Positions 45,260-55,705 of a stretch of 64,000 bases of DNA are shown piece after piece; the stretch's first letter is position 1, and each line of letters begins with the position of its first letter. The translations under genes were made by a program, and so were the position numbers. The DNA is taken from positions 111,113 through 175,112 of the forward strand of contig CAWDIT010000013.1 of assembly GCA_963802435.1 (NCBI GenBank). The letters are read 5' to 3'. Below the pieces are notes generated by a model. It did not search any database and was not told the origin of the DNA. It worked only from the letters and a program-made list of their open reading frames with translations. Origin of the DNA: an uncultured bacterium (GTDB lineage: Bacteria > Pseudomonadota > Gammaproteobacteria > Burkholderiales > Burkholderiaceae_C).

Positions 45260-46117
45260 CTAGATCTCTTTCGCCGGTGGGGGCATTGCACCGGCCTCCT
45301 CGGACCCGACCCCGCACCGGTGCTGGCCACTGCCGACGTCCAGAGACTCCACGCAGTAGGTCTGGATCGGTTCGGCCTTGCCCTTGACGTGGCTCGCCGG
45401 CATGGGCTGGAACAGGAATTCATCGCCGAGCGCGCGGCGGATGTCCTCGGTGACCAGCAGGTCCACCTGGTGCTTGCCGGTCAGGCCCTCGACGCGCGAG
45501 GCGACGTTGATCGGGTCTCCCGTGACGCTGAATTTCGCCAGACCTGCGGTGCCTATGACGCCAGCCACCACCTCGCCGCAATGGATGCCGATGCCGAAGC
45601 GCAGTTCGGGCAGCCCGGTCGCGCGCAGCGTCTGGTTGTAGCGCGCGAGTTCGACCCGCATTTCCAGCGCCGCCAGCACGGCGTCGCGCGCCTGCCAGGG
45701 GTTGGGTTCGAGGGCGCCGAACAACGCCAGCAAGCCGTCACCCACGAACTCGGTGACGTGGCCGTGGTGCCGGGCGATGGCCCGGTCCATGCGGCCGAAA
45801 TAGTCGTTGAGGACCTTGACGGTGACGTCCGGGTCAAGCCGATCGCACAACGCGGTAAATCCGCGCAAGTCCGCGAACAGCATCGTCACCTGACGGCGCT
45901 GGGGGGCGAAGACATCACCCGAGTCGGTCAGTCGCTCCACCACGTCTGCTGGCACGAAGCGCTCGAACTGGCGCTGCACCTGTTCCAGCTTGTCTTCAGC
46001 GGCCAGCAGCAACTTTTCCAACTGGCGACTGCGCCTGCTGCCGCGAATGCACAGCGCGGCCAGCCCCAACGCAGCGAGCGTTGCCAGCCCTGCCAGTGCC
46101 CAGCCCAGATCGATCAC
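45260..46117 (-). CDS. membrane-anchored class III adenylate/guanylate cyclase
   Basis: N-terminal TM segment and coiled coil. Cyclase core with FADLRGFT, EFVGDGLLALFG, TGDPINVASR. The GTG start overlaps the upstream stop (GTGA). Confidence 0.85.
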   Translation of the reverse strand: MIDLGWALAGLATLAALGLAALCIRGSRRSRQLEKLLLAAEDKLEQVQRQFERFVPADVVERLTDSGDVFAPQRRQVTMLFADLRGFTALCDRLDPDVTVKVLNDYFGRMDRAIARHHGHVTEFVGDGLLALFGALEPNPWQARDAVLAALEMRVELARYNQTLRATGLPELRFGIGIHCGEVVAGVIGTAGLAKFSVTGDPINVASRVEGLTGKHQVDLLVTEDIRRALGDEFLFQPMPASHVKGKAEPIQTYCVESLDVGSGQHRCGVGSEEAGAMPPPAKEI

Positions 46118-47208
46118 TCCAGCAGCATCGCCAGCCGCACGGTGGCGTTCGCCAGCGCGGCAACGCCAATCGCCTCCAGCAACGCCGCATCACCCAGGGC
46201 ACCGGCCAGCACACGGGTCTTCTGCTGGATCGTCGGCGTGTCGTAGTAGACGGTATCCCGCGCCCATGAGAGCAGGGCGGCCTCGTTCGCCGACAGCCGA
46301 TCCGACTGCAGGGTCGCCAACGCGGAATCGATCTCGACGCTGCTCAATCCCGCGCTGCCCAGCAGCTTCCTCGCCTCGCCTTCGCAATGCGGACAACCGA
46401 TGGTGCGCGCAATCACGGCGAACATCAGCGCCTTGGTGGGAAGGTCGAGCACATCGGAAGCGAACGCGCCGTCGAGCGCGGACTTCATGACCCTGGCCGC
46501 CGGCAGGCCCGCGAGCGGAGCCAGGATCGCGCCGAAGCTCCCGCTGGCGAGCTCGGTATCGCTGGGCGAGGTCGCGAGTGGTGTGTTCCGCCCGCCGACA
46601 CCGAGTTTGCGCAGCAAGGGCATGGCCAGGCCCATCAGGCGCCCCACGGGTCCGTTGGCCATGCGTTCGAACTTCGTTTCAGGCGGGCAGGCGATCAGGG
46701 TGCTCACCCGGTTGTAGAAGCAGCTCCCGGCGATCACGAACGCCATTTCGGCGACTTCCGGGCCCGAATAGCCCAGGCCGACCAGCCTTTCGCGCGCGCT
46801 CCTCGATGGGCGCGGACGCGATCGCGCGAGGTTGCGGCAGAACTCGATGAAGGCACGCTCCCGGGGATCCGTTTCCGCGAGCTGCATGTCTCGCTCGACA
46901 CTCTGGATGAACCCCTCGGAATAGCCCAGCACCTTCATGTAAGCCCGGTTCGCACCGTAGCAATAGCGGCACGCGTTCTCCTGAGCGGTCACCATGTTGC
47001 CGATCCGTAGGAGTCGCTCCGGGATCGCGCTGGGTTGGCAATTCACGGCGCCAAATGCTGCTTCACGCAGCCAGCGGCTGGGCGCAATCCGGCGGTCGAC
47101 TTCGGACACCTGACCGCCGCGGTGCTTGACCTCCGCCTCCCAAGCAGGGTCCGGAGCCGGCGGCACGATGGGCTCGGCCCACGCGATCTCATTGAGCAGC
47201 AGTGCCAT
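46114..47208 (-). CDS. tandem carboxymuconolactone decarboxylase/AhpD-like domain protein
   Basis: Two AhpD-like halves, each with a CxxC motif (ENACRYCYG and IGCPHCEG). Confidence 0.72.
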   Translation of the reverse strand: MALLLNEIAWAEPIVPPAPDPAWEAEVKHRGGQVSEVDRRIAPSRWLREAAFGAVNCQPSAIPERLLRIGNMVTAQENACRYCYGANRAYMKVLGYSEGFIQSVERDMQLAETDPRERAFIEFCRNLARSRPRPSRSARERLVGLGYSGPEVAEMAFVIAGSCFYNRVSTLIACPPETKFERMANGPVGRLMGLAMPLLRKLGVGGRNTPLATSPSDTELASGSFGAILAPLAGLPAARVMKSALDGAFASDVLDLPTKALMFAVIARTIGCPHCEGEARKLLGSAGLSSVEIDSALATLQSDRLSANEAALLSWARDTVYYDTPTIQQKTRVLAGALGDAALLEAIGVAALANATVRLAMLLE

Positions 47209-47535
47209 GGCTGGATCCTCCGGTTTTCGATGCCAGTCGCGAGCGCTGAACCCTGCTCCTGCCGATCGGCTGGAGGTTTCGATCCTCCGCTACGGAAGGG
47301 GCGCCATTCTATGACGTCCCTCCTGCGTAGCGCGTGATCGCGGACGCTACCGGTAGGGGTTTCGGGCCTTCGTTCGACACCGCGCGCAGACACTCCGCCA
47401 ACGCTGCCGCGGAGGCCTCGACGACCCCGTTCCCCGGCTCACCTCGGCGCAGGTCTCGGGCATCACCAACGCGGCGGCCCCGGTGCAAGCGACGCCATTG
47501 GAACCCAGGGCCACGCTTGCTCCTTGTCGTGGCAT

Positions 47536-48852
47536 CTACTTCTGCGTTGCACGGTGGAGGAGCCCGCGGTTGACCACACTGTGCGGCTTGAGCGCGGCCC
47601 GCTCGTTCGCGAGTGCGGCGGCAACTTCCGGTCGGTTGGCGCGAAGTGCCGCCTCGACCAGCGTCCAGTCGATGACGTCGCGTTGGGCGTGGCTGCCGCC
47701 GATGATGTTCGCGACGAAGCGAAGTGGATGCAAGGCCTCCAGGCAGGTCTGGTATTGCCCCCGCCAGAACGCGACGAAGCCTCTGATCAGCGGAAGCCCG
47801 ATGGTGCGAGTCCAGTGCGCCGTCTCGACGAGGCCGGCAGCATGGCTCCGCGCAGCTGCCAGCAGTTCATCGAGCCGCGCGTCGCGCCCGGCACCGAGAT
47901 AGGCCATGGCTGCATGCAGGTCGTTGAAGGGATACAACTGCCCGTCGGCATGTTCGTCCCAGCACACCGACAGTTCCAGCCACCGGTCGCCAACGTCATG
48001 CCCGCACAAGTGCAACCGCCAAAGCAGGGCAGAGGCGTCGATCAGGTCGAGCACGACGTGGCTCCGGCTGGCGCGGATCGGGCCATCGTAGAGCGCTAGG
48101 GCCATGTCGGCCTGCCCGAGGTCGAGATGGCACAGCGCACCGTGCCACCAGTTGTGGACCTTGAGAAAGTTGTCGTCGCGAGCCCAATACGGTTCGCGCG
48201 CCGTCATCCAGCCGATGCCGTCCTGCACACGCCCCTGCATTTCCATCACGTGGGCGACGGCATGGTGCGCCCAGGCGTCGAGCGGCTCCAGGTCGAGGGC
48301 ATGACGGCCAGCTTCCTCTGCACGCCCGTAGTCACCTGTCTCCTCGAGCCCGAACGCGTACATCCCGATCACGGCGTGGTAGCCGGGGTCGTCCTTGGTC
48401 CAGCGAGGCACGATGCGCGCAACACGATCGCGCAGGTTTCGCGCGCTGCCGCGATAGAAGTCCATCAGGTGGCCCACCTGGAGCGCTACGAGGTCGCGCG
48501 GGTAGCGCATGTTGTGAAAATCCATGTCGCTCGCGGCAGCACCCCAGTTTCCGGCGAGCAGTTGCTCGAGAACCGCGAACTGGGACACCTCGCGCTCGTT
48601 CATGCCCGGCGTGAGCAACCCGTGGGCGATCTTGCGCGCTTGAGCCGTCGCCGCCGGCTCGGTGGCAAGCGCGAGGATGAAGCTCTTGAACAGGTGTGCC
48701 TGGGCAAACGCCGGTGAGTCGGCGATGGCCTCGTCGAGTCGTGCCAGTGGATCGCCGCAATAGATGTTGAAGCCGCGCACGGCGTCGTCGAACAGGCTGG
48801 CTGCACGCGCGGTCGCATTGGAAAGCGCATTCGATTGCCGATCGGCGACCAT
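47536..48852 (-). CDS. tetratricopeptide-repeat protein (TTC38-like)
   Basis: 438-aa all-helical repeat protein (YGRAEEAGRHALDLEPLDAWAHHAVAHVMEMQGR..). Confidence 0.65.
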   Translation of the reverse strand: MVADRQSNALSNATARAASLFDDAVRGFNIYCGDPLARLDEAIADSPAFAQAHLFKSFILALATEPAATAQARKIAHGLLTPGMNEREVSQFAVLEQLLAGNWGAAASDMDFHNMRYPRDLVALQVGHLMDFYRGSARNLRDRVARIVPRWTKDDPGYHAVIGMYAFGLEETGDYGRAEEAGRHALDLEPLDAWAHHAVAHVMEMQGRVQDGIGWMTAREPYWARDDNFLKVHNWWHGALCHLDLGQADMALALYDGPIRASRSHVVLDLIDASALLWRLHLCGHDVGDRWLELSVCWDEHADGQLYPFNDLHAAMAYLGAGRDARLDELLAAARSHAAGLVETAHWTRTIGLPLIRGFVAFWRGQYQTCLEALHPLRFVANIIGGSHAQRDVIDWTLVEAALRANRPEVAAALANERAALKPHSVVNRGLLHRATQK

Positions 48853-49013
48853 GCTGTTCCTCGTGAAGCTGGTCCTTCATTGCCGCGCGACCTGTTCCAG
48901 TCGCGTCTGGCCGTTGCTCGACACTCCGCGAGCGTCGGACCTTTGGTGAGAGGTGCCCCGCAGCTTCCGGCGTCGACATCCGCCACGCGGAGCTGCGCGC
49001 GGAGCCCCTGCAC

Positions 49014-50435
49014 TCAGGCCTTCGGCGAAATGTTCTGGTTGAGGCAGAACAGATTCTCTGGGTCGTACTTTGTCTTCAGCGTGGCCAGGCGCGGGTAGTT
49101 GGGACCATACGCACCTGCCGCCACGCGCTGCGTCTCGTCCTCGGGCATGAAGTTCACGTAGACGCCGCCCGTCGCGTGCGGTGTGAGCGCATCGAAAAGG
49201 CCCCTCGCCCAGGCGATGCAATGTGCATCCTGGCCGGGCTCGCGCCAGCGGGTGTGCACGTTGATGATGTATTCGACGTCGCGGTGAGGGTATGCCGTGT
49301 CTCCAACGGGGACGCGATTCACGGCCGCACCAAGGTGACCGACGAAGGCTTCGCACTCGTCGCTCGGCAGGCGTTCGATCGCGGCGCACACGATCCGCTC
49401 GACGTCGCCCGTGATCGCCTTGAAATCGTGCGACTTCCAGTAGTTCCGCGCCCCGGGTGCAAGCAATGGGTCGAAGGCCGTCTGCCAGCCGACGAAGGGC
49501 ATCGCGCCGACGTGCTCGCCGGCCGGCTTGCCGAAGCCGCGGAGTTGCGCGGCCAGTTCGTTGCCTCGACTCGCCTCGCCGATCCAGCAGAACGCGACGA
49601 CGACGACTTCCGTTCCGTGCACGTTCGCCGGCAGGAACGGCAGCGGCGGCGCCTTGCGCAGGACGAGCCATGCCGTCATCTCGTCGGGCGCCGCAGCGGT
49701 GAATTTCCGGTAGCCCTCGAACACCTGGTGCGCTTGCGCGAACGGATAGACGATGAGCCCGGCCAGGACCTCGGGCCCCAGCTCGTGCAACTGGTACTCG
49801 AACGAGGTGACGACGCCGAAATTTCCGCCGCCACCGCGCACCGCCCAGAACAGGTCGGCGTTCTGCTTTGCGCTGGCCTGGACGAACTCGCCGGAGGCGA
49901 GCACGACGTCGACGGCGACCAGGTTGTCGATGGTCAGGCCACGCTTGCGGCTCTGCCAGCCGAATCCGCCACCCAGCGTGAGTCCGGCCACCCCGGTCGT
50001 CGAGTTGATGCCGGTGGGCGTGGAAAGCCCGAATGCCTGCGTCTCGCGGTCGAAGTCCGACAGCAGCGCGCCAGGTTCCACCCGCGCCAGCTTGCCGGCC
50101 GGGTCGACGCGCACCGACTTCATCGCCGACAGGTCGAGCATGAGGCCGCCATCGCAAGCGGCCTTGCCGGCGATGTTGTGCCCGCCACCCTTGACCGCGA
50201 GCAGCAGCCGGCTTTCGCGCGCGAAGTTCACCGCCTGCATCACGTCGCCGGCGCCGGCAGCGCGCACGATGGCCGCCGGTCGGCGGTCGATCATGCCGTT
50301 CCACAGCGTACGTGCGACGTCGTAGCCGGGATCGCCGGGCAAGAGGAGGGCGCCGCGGAGCGCGGCACGCAGGGCATCGAGGCGTTCCTGCGCAATGCCG
50401 ATGGTGCTGCCCTGGGTGGAGCGAAAGTCGGTCAT
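49014..50435 (-). CDS. FAD-linked oxidase (PCMH-type FAD-binding domain with BBE-like C-terminus)
   Basis: ATG at 50435 with GAGGAGGA upstream. VKGGGHN, WAVRGGGGNFGVVT, and YVNF..KYDPENLF at the C-terminus. Confidence 0.85.
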   Translation of the reverse strand: MTDFRSTQGSTIGIAQERLDALRAALRGALLLPGDPGYDVARTLWNGMIDRRPAAIVRAAGAGDVMQAVNFARESRLLLAVKGGGHNIAGKAACDGGLMLDLSAMKSVRVDPAGKLARVEPGALLSDFDRETQAFGLSTPTGINSTTGVAGLTLGGGFGWQSRKRGLTIDNLVAVDVVLASGEFVQASAKQNADLFWAVRGGGGNFGVVTSFEYQLHELGPEVLAGLIVYPFAQAHQVFEGYRKFTAAAPDEMTAWLVLRKAPPLPFLPANVHGTEVVVVAFCWIGEASRGNELAAQLRGFGKPAGEHVGAMPFVGWQTAFDPLLAPGARNYWKSHDFKAITGDVERIVCAAIERLPSDECEAFVGHLGAAVNRVPVGDTAYPHRDVEYIINVHTRWREPGQDAHCIAWARGLFDALTPHATGGVYVNFMPEDETQRVAAGAYGPNYPRLATLKTKYDPENLFCLNQNISPKA

Positions 50436-50656
50436 GGAGGCATCCTCCTCGCGAAACGATCGGAGACTCGATGTCGGAGTCACGGAGCAGTCGGCTGAGG
50501 CGGGCGTGCGCGCTGACCCCGAAGGGACGAAGGAATCCTAGGCCGTTCGCTGTGAGTCTGCCAAAGCCCTTTCGACGAAGGGGCGGTTGTCTGTCCGATG
50601 GGTCGAAGCGCGGCCGAGCTCACGTCGCACCCCGAGCCCTCCGGCGCACCGCATCG

Positions 50657-51736
50657 TCAAGCCCGAGATTGCGCACGCGGGCTTGCAGCCGACCGCCATT
50701 GGCTCGGGCTGAGGTCTGCCCAGCCTCGGAAGGCCCGTGAGAAGGCATTCGGATCCGCGTATTGCAGGGCCGCAGCAATCTCGGAAACTGGAAGTCCGGT
50801 GTTCTGGAGAAGTTGCTGCGCCAGCTCGAATCGCGCCTCGTTGATGATCTGCTGCAGATTCATTCCCTCTGCCTCCAGGCGCCGCCGCAGCGTCCGCTCG
50901 TGGATTCCGAACAGGCGCGCCACCGACTCTGCCGTCGCCGTTCCGCTCAGCAGCATCTGATGCATGACGCCTTGCACCTGTTCGGCAAAACTCATCGGCC
51001 CGTTGGCCTCTGCGTCCCGGATGGCCTTGGCGAGCAGGTCATGGAGCGCCGCGTCGGCGCCTTCGATCGCCTTGTCGAGCCAGGACGATTCGAACACGAA
51101 CCCCGAGATCTCGGCGTCGAAGCGGACAGTCGGTCCAAACACGCGGCGATATGGCGCGATCTGGGCCGGCCGGCCGTGCGAGAACTGCACGCGCTGCGCC
51201 TTCCAGCCGGGTCCGCAAAGTTCGGCCATGATGCGGTACCCGATGGTGACCGCGGCATCGTAGATCTGGCCGACTGCCGGCGTGCCGTGGCGGTAGATCG
51301 AATACCCGAGGAGGGCACGGGACGGATCGGGAGCGAGCAGCAAGGGTGCGGCACCCCTGTCGTGCAGGTGAAAGTGCAGCAGCAGGCCGCGCACGGCCTC
51401 GCCCACCGTGGCGCAATTGCGCATCAGATAGCCGAGCGGACCGAAGCTCTTCAGATTGCAGCGTTCGCCAACCAGCAGCCCGAAGTGAGGACAGCCCGTC
51501 AGTGAAACGCACGCATCGAACAGTCTTCCCAGAGCCTCGAACTGGATTCGACTGGCGGGATCCTTGAACAGGCGCAGATCGACGCCGGCTTGCGCGAACG
51601 CTCGCTGCGGTCTGACGCCCAGTTCGGACAAGACCGTCGGGATCGCCAGGATGGGCCCGAGCTGGACGTCCCCGGGGCCGCTCATCGGGAGGGTCCGCGA
51701 TGGTCGCGGCTTCGAGCCGAGGTTCTTCTTCAGCAC
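50657..51736 (-). CDS. AraC-family transcriptional regulator (N-terminal arabinose-binding-like domain)
   Basis: C-terminal double HTH (RLFGIHERTLRRRLEAEGMN..ALQYADPNAFSRAFRGW). The start is uncertain; an alternative Met lies at 51685. Confidence 0.85.
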   Translation of the reverse strand: MLKKNLGSKPRPSRTLPMSGPGDVQLGPILAIPTVLSELGVRPQRAFAQAGVDLRLFKDPASRIQFEALGRLFDACVSLTGCPHFGLLVGERCNLKSFGPLGYLMRNCATVGEAVRGLLLHFHLHDRGAAPLLLAPDPSRALLGYSIYRHGTPAVGQIYDAAVTIGYRIMAELCGPGWKAQRVQFSHGRPAQIAPYRRVFGPTVRFDAEISGFVFESSWLDKAIEGADAALHDLLAKAIRDAEANGPMSFAEQVQGVMHQMLLSGTATAESVARLFGIHERTLRRRLEAEGMNLQQIINEARFELAQQLLQNTGLPVSEIAAALQYADPNAFSRAFRGWADLSPSQWRSAASPRAQSRA

Positions 51737-51886
51737 TGGAGTGGACTCATTGGGCAGGAATGGCGCAATGCGTGGAACTGGCGGGTCGGCGATTGAGTTT
51801 TGTCAACGAGCGCGAATCTGGCCTGATTGTGCAGCTTGCTGTGGCCGGAATTGCAAGATGACATCGGGTAGAAGGCGCTAGAGTTC

Positions 51887-52564
51887 ATGAGTACACGCGA
51901 ACAACGGAGGTATCGATGCCCAGAACTCACAGGCTTGGCCAAGGCTCTTGTCACACTTCTCGCCACGGTTTTGGCGGCCGGCTTGGTGGCGGCGCAATCG
52001 GCTGGCGCGCCGGATGATCGAGCGAAGCCCAGAACTGCCGCTCCGCGCACGAACAATGCCGCACTGGCCAAAGCCATGGAAGTGGCGATGACGCCGGGCG
52101 AGGGCCAGAAGAGGCTCGAACCGATGATCGGCACCTTCGATGTCAGGATTCGAATCTGGGTGGACCCCTCCAAACCCCCAGTCGAGTCGCGGGCGACCAG
52201 CATCAGTGTCTGGGTACTCGGCCACCGCTACATTCAGACGATGCTGTCAGGGCACACGCTCGGCGAGGCCTTCAACGGCATCGGCTACATCGGCTACGAC
52301 AACGTCGGCAAGACCTACCAGGTGGCCTGGATGGACGACGCCAGCACCGCGATGACCTTGTATCAAGGCGGGTTCGCTGGTGGCGGCAGGACGGCGAAGT
52401 TGAAGGCGACCGTGTCCAATGCAGTGACCGGCAAGCCGACGCCCATCGAAATGCGCATGACGCTGGCGGACAACGGCGATCATGTGACGGAACTGTGGGG
52501 GCAGGGCCCTGGCGGCAGGATGTTCAGGATGATGGAACTGCAGAACACGAAGACCAAACAGTGA
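51887..52564 (+). CDS. DUF1579-like secreted protein
   Basis: Signal-like N-terminus. The central and C-terminal region (MIGTFDV..WVLGHRYIQ..GYDNVGKTYQVAWMDD) resembles DUF1579 from memory. Confidence 0.55.
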   Translation: MSTREQRRYRCPELTGLAKALVTLLATVLAAGLVAAQSAGAPDDRAKPRTAAPRTNNAALAKAMEVAMTPGEGQKRLEPMIGTFDVRIRIWVDPSKPPVESRATSISVWVLGHRYIQTMLSGHTLGEAFNGIGYIGYDNVGKTYQVAWMDDASTAMTLYQGGFAGGGRTAKLKATVSNAVTGKPTPIEMRMTLADNGDHVTELWGQGPGGRMFRMMELQNTKTKQ

Positions 52565-52589
52565 AACGCTCTCGAGCAGGAGAAGAGTC

Positions 52590-53012
52590 ATGACGCAAGT
52601 GAAAGTTTGCAAGAGCCTTACGCGCAACACACTGCTGAGTGCGATGGCGTTCCTGGCCCTGCTGGCCTGCGTGGAGCCGGCGTGGGCGATTCTTGGCGTG
52701 TGGCGCCGCGCGGCCGTAACCACCGCGGTGGTCGTGGGTGCCACCGAGACGGCTGCGGTGGCGAGCGCCAATGCCTCCAGGGAAGCTGCAGCGACCGCCC
52801 AGGCCCAGTCGGCCGCCAACGCGTCGGCGGCCGCCGCCAAGCAGGCGCAGGACTCCGCCAATCAGGCCGCGGCACAAGCGAAGGCCGCGACGGCCACCAA
52901 GACGCCGCAACAGAAGCTTCAGGAATTGCAGTCGCTCTACGACCAGAAGCTCATCAGCCAGAGCGACTACGAAGCCGCGAAGAAGAAGATCCTCGGTGAA
53001 CTGACAAACTGA
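52590..53012 (+). CDS. secreted Ala/Gln-rich protein with a C-terminal SHOCT domain
   Basis: SD AGGAGAAG. Signal peptide (..VEPAWA), a low-complexity A/Q/S tract, then LQELQSLYDQKLISQSDYEAAKKKILGEL (SHOCT signature). Confidence 0.65.
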   Translation: MTQVKVCKSLTRNTLLSAMAFLALLACVEPAWAILGVWRRAAVTTAVVVGATETAAVASANASREAAATAQAQSAANASAAAAKQAQDSANQAAAQAKAATATKTPQQKLQELQSLYDQKLISQSDYEAAKKKILGELTN

Positions 53013-53025
53013 AGAGGCCGGTCAG

Positions 53026-55539
53026 ATGACTACATATCACAGACAACTCGCCCTGTGCGTCGCGATCGTCGGTGCCCTCGCGGGCACTGCCACCGCGACC
53101 GCGCAACAGGTCACCGGCACGCTGGGCTCGCCCAGCGCCACCACGACCATCAGCGGCAAGCAACTCCCCGCACCCGACCCGGCCTTCGGCGGCGTGATCA
53201 AGCAAGGCGCGCTGCAGTCCAAGCCCTGGTGGGCGCCGCGCATCGTGCCGCCGAAGGGCGCGCCCAACGTGCTGCTGATCATCACCGACGACGCCGGCTT
53301 CGGCGTGCCCAGCACCTTCGGCGGCGTGATCCCGACGCCGACGATGGACCGCATCGCCCAGGAAGGCCTGCGCTACAACCGCGTCTTCTCGACCGCGCTG
53401 TGCTCGCCCACGCGCGCTGCGCTGATCACCGGGCGCAACCACCACTCGGCCGGCTTCGGCGTGATCTCCGAGCAGGCGACGGGCTTCCCGGGCTACAACA
53501 GCATCATCGCCAAGGACAAGGCCACCATCGGGCGCATGCTGCTCGACAACGGCTATGCCACGTCGTGGTTCGGCAAGAACCACAACACGCCGGCCTTCGC
53601 GGCGAGCCAGGTCGGGCCCTTCGACCAGTGGCCCTCCGGCATGGGCTTCGAATATTTCTATGGCTTCAACGGCGGCGATGCCAACCAGTGGCAGCCGAAC
53701 CTGTTCCGCAATTCGACGCAGATCTATCCGTTCGAGGGCAAGCCGGGCTGGAACCTCGTCACCGGAATGGCCGACGACGCCATCGACTACATGACGCGGA
53801 TGCACCAGATCCAGCCTGACAAGCCTCTCTTCATCAAGTACGCGCCCGGCGCCACGCACGCGCCGCACCACCCGACCAAGGAGTGGGTGGACAGGATCAG
53901 CGCAATGCACCTGTTCGACGGCGGCTACGAGAAAGTGCGGCAGACGATCTTCGAGAACCAGAAGCGCCTGGGTGTGATCCCGAAGGACACCCAGCTCGGG
54001 CCCTGGCCGAAAGAGGTGCTCAAGCCCTGGGACCAGCTCAGTGCCGACGAGAAGAAGCTCTTCATTCGCCAGGTCGATGTCTTCGCCGCCTATGCAGCCT
54101 ACAGCGACGCCGAGATCGGCCGCGTGATCCAGGCCTTCCAGGACCTGGGGCGGCTCGACAACACGCTCATCATCTACATCAACGGCGACAACGGCACCAG
54201 CGCCGAGGGCGGTCCGATGGGCACGCCGAACGAGGTCGCGTTCTTCAACGGCCTCAACCAGTTGCCCATCGACGTGCAGATGAAGTTCTACGACGTCTGG
54301 GGCACCGAGCAGACCTACAACCACATGTCGGCCGGCTGGTCGTGGGCCTTCGACACGCCGTTCTCGTGGTTCAAGCAGAACGCCTCGCAGCTCGGCGGCG
54401 TGAACCAGAACATGGTGGTGTCGTGGCCGGCGCGCATCAAGGACAAGGGCGGCCTGCGCGAGCAGTTCGTGCACGTCATCGACGTCGTGCCGACGATCCT
54501 GGAGGCCGCCGGCATCAAGGCGCCCGAGATGGTGGACGGCATCAAGCAGGCGCCGATCGAAGGCACGAGCTTCGCCTACACCTTCGACGCGAAGAACGCC
54601 AAGGCAGCGACGCGGCACAAGCGTCAGTATTTCGAGATGATGGGCCAGTGGGCGCTGTACGACGACGGCTGGTTCCTGAGCACCCAGGTCAACCGCGCAC
54701 CGTGGGAAGCCTTCGGACCGGCGAACGCGGACCCGCTGAACAACCAGGTGCTGCAGCTCTACAACCTGAACGACGACTTCAACCAGACCACCGACCTCGC
54801 GGCGAAGAACCCGCAGAAGGTCAAGGCGATGAAGCAGGCCTTCGTTGCCGAGGCGAAGAAGTACCAGGTGCTGCCGTTCGACGCCTCGGTGGCGGCGCGC
54901 ATCGTCGCGCCGCGGCCGAACATCACCGCCGGGCGCAGCGAGTTCGTCTACACGCGGGCTATGGTCGGGTTGCCGCAAGGCGATTCGCCGCTGCTGCTGA
55001 ACACCTCGTACACGGTCACGGCCGACATCGAGGTGCCGCCCGGCGGCGCGGAAGGCATGATGCTGACCTCCGGCGGGCGTTTCGCCGGCTACGGCTTCTA
55101 CCTGCTGAAGGGCAAGCCGGTGTGGCTGTGGAACATGGTCGATCTGGAGCGCATCAGGTGGGAAGGCCCCGACGCGCTGACGCCCGGGCGGCACACGGTC
55201 GAGTTCGACTTCAAGTACGACGGCCTCGGCGCCGGCACGCTGGCGTTCAACGACTTCAGCGGCGTCGGGCGGCCGGGCGTCGGCACGCTGAAGGTCGATG
55301 GCAAGGTGGTCGACACCAAGCAGATGCCGAAGACGCTGCCCATGATCCTGCAGTGGGACGAGAGCTTCGACATCGGATCGGACACGCTGACCGGCGTGAA
55401 CGACGCCGACTACAAGCCGCCGTTCGCGCTGACCGCCAAGTTGAACAAGCTGACGATCAAGCTCGACCGGCCGCAGTTGTCGCCCGCGGACATCAAGAAA
55501 CTTCAGTCGGCGATGCAGGAGAAGGCGAAGGCCGATTGA
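53026..55539 (+). CDS. arylsulfatase (Cys-type, formylglycine-dependent), paralogue 1
   Basis: Signal peptide, DDAGFG, CSPTRAALITGRNHH, GKNHN. 837 aa. Confidence 0.9.
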   Translation: MTTYHRQLALCVAIVGALAGTATATAQQVTGTLGSPSATTTISGKQLPAPDPAFGGVIKQGALQSKPWWAPRIVPPKGAPNVLLIITDDAGFGVPSTFGGVIPTPTMDRIAQEGLRYNRVFSTALCSPTRAALITGRNHHSAGFGVISEQATGFPGYNSIIAKDKATIGRMLLDNGYATSWFGKNHNTPAFAASQVGPFDQWPSGMGFEYFYGFNGGDANQWQPNLFRNSTQIYPFEGKPGWNLVTGMADDAIDYMTRMHQIQPDKPLFIKYAPGATHAPHHPTKEWVDRISAMHLFDGGYEKVRQTIFENQKRLGVIPKDTQLGPWPKEVLKPWDQLSADEKKLFIRQVDVFAAYAAYSDAEIGRVIQAFQDLGRLDNTLIIYINGDNGTSAEGGPMGTPNEVAFFNGLNQLPIDVQMKFYDVWGTEQTYNHMSAGWSWAFDTPFSWFKQNASQLGGVNQNMVVSWPARIKDKGGLREQFVHVIDVVPTILEAAGIKAPEMVDGIKQAPIEGTSFAYTFDAKNAKAATRHKRQYFEMMGQWALYDDGWFLSTQVNRAPWEAFGPANADPLNNQVLQLYNLNDDFNQTTDLAAKNPQKVKAMKQAFVAEAKKYQVLPFDASVAARIVAPRPNITAGRSEFVYTRAMVGLPQGDSPLLLNTSYTVTADIEVPPGGAEGMMLTSGGRFAGYGFYLLKGKPVWLWNMVDLERIRWEGPDALTPGRHTVEFDFKYDGLGAGTLAFNDFSGVGRPGVGTLKVDGKVVDTKQMPKTLPMILQWDESFDIGSDTLTGVNDADYKPPFALTAKLNKLTIKLDRPQLSPADIKKLQSAMQEKAKAD

Positions 55540-55705
55540 TCCCGCCGCTGGATGAAGCCCGGCCAGAAGCAGCGACACAGGAAGCGTCTGAAGCTCGTAC
55601 GCAACGCCCGATCCTTCTCGCAGCGCCTTCCTTCGCTGCCAACACGGGTGCCTGTGAAGGGCGACACGATCAACCGGGTTGCATGACGTTCGAAGGACAC
55701 GAGAG

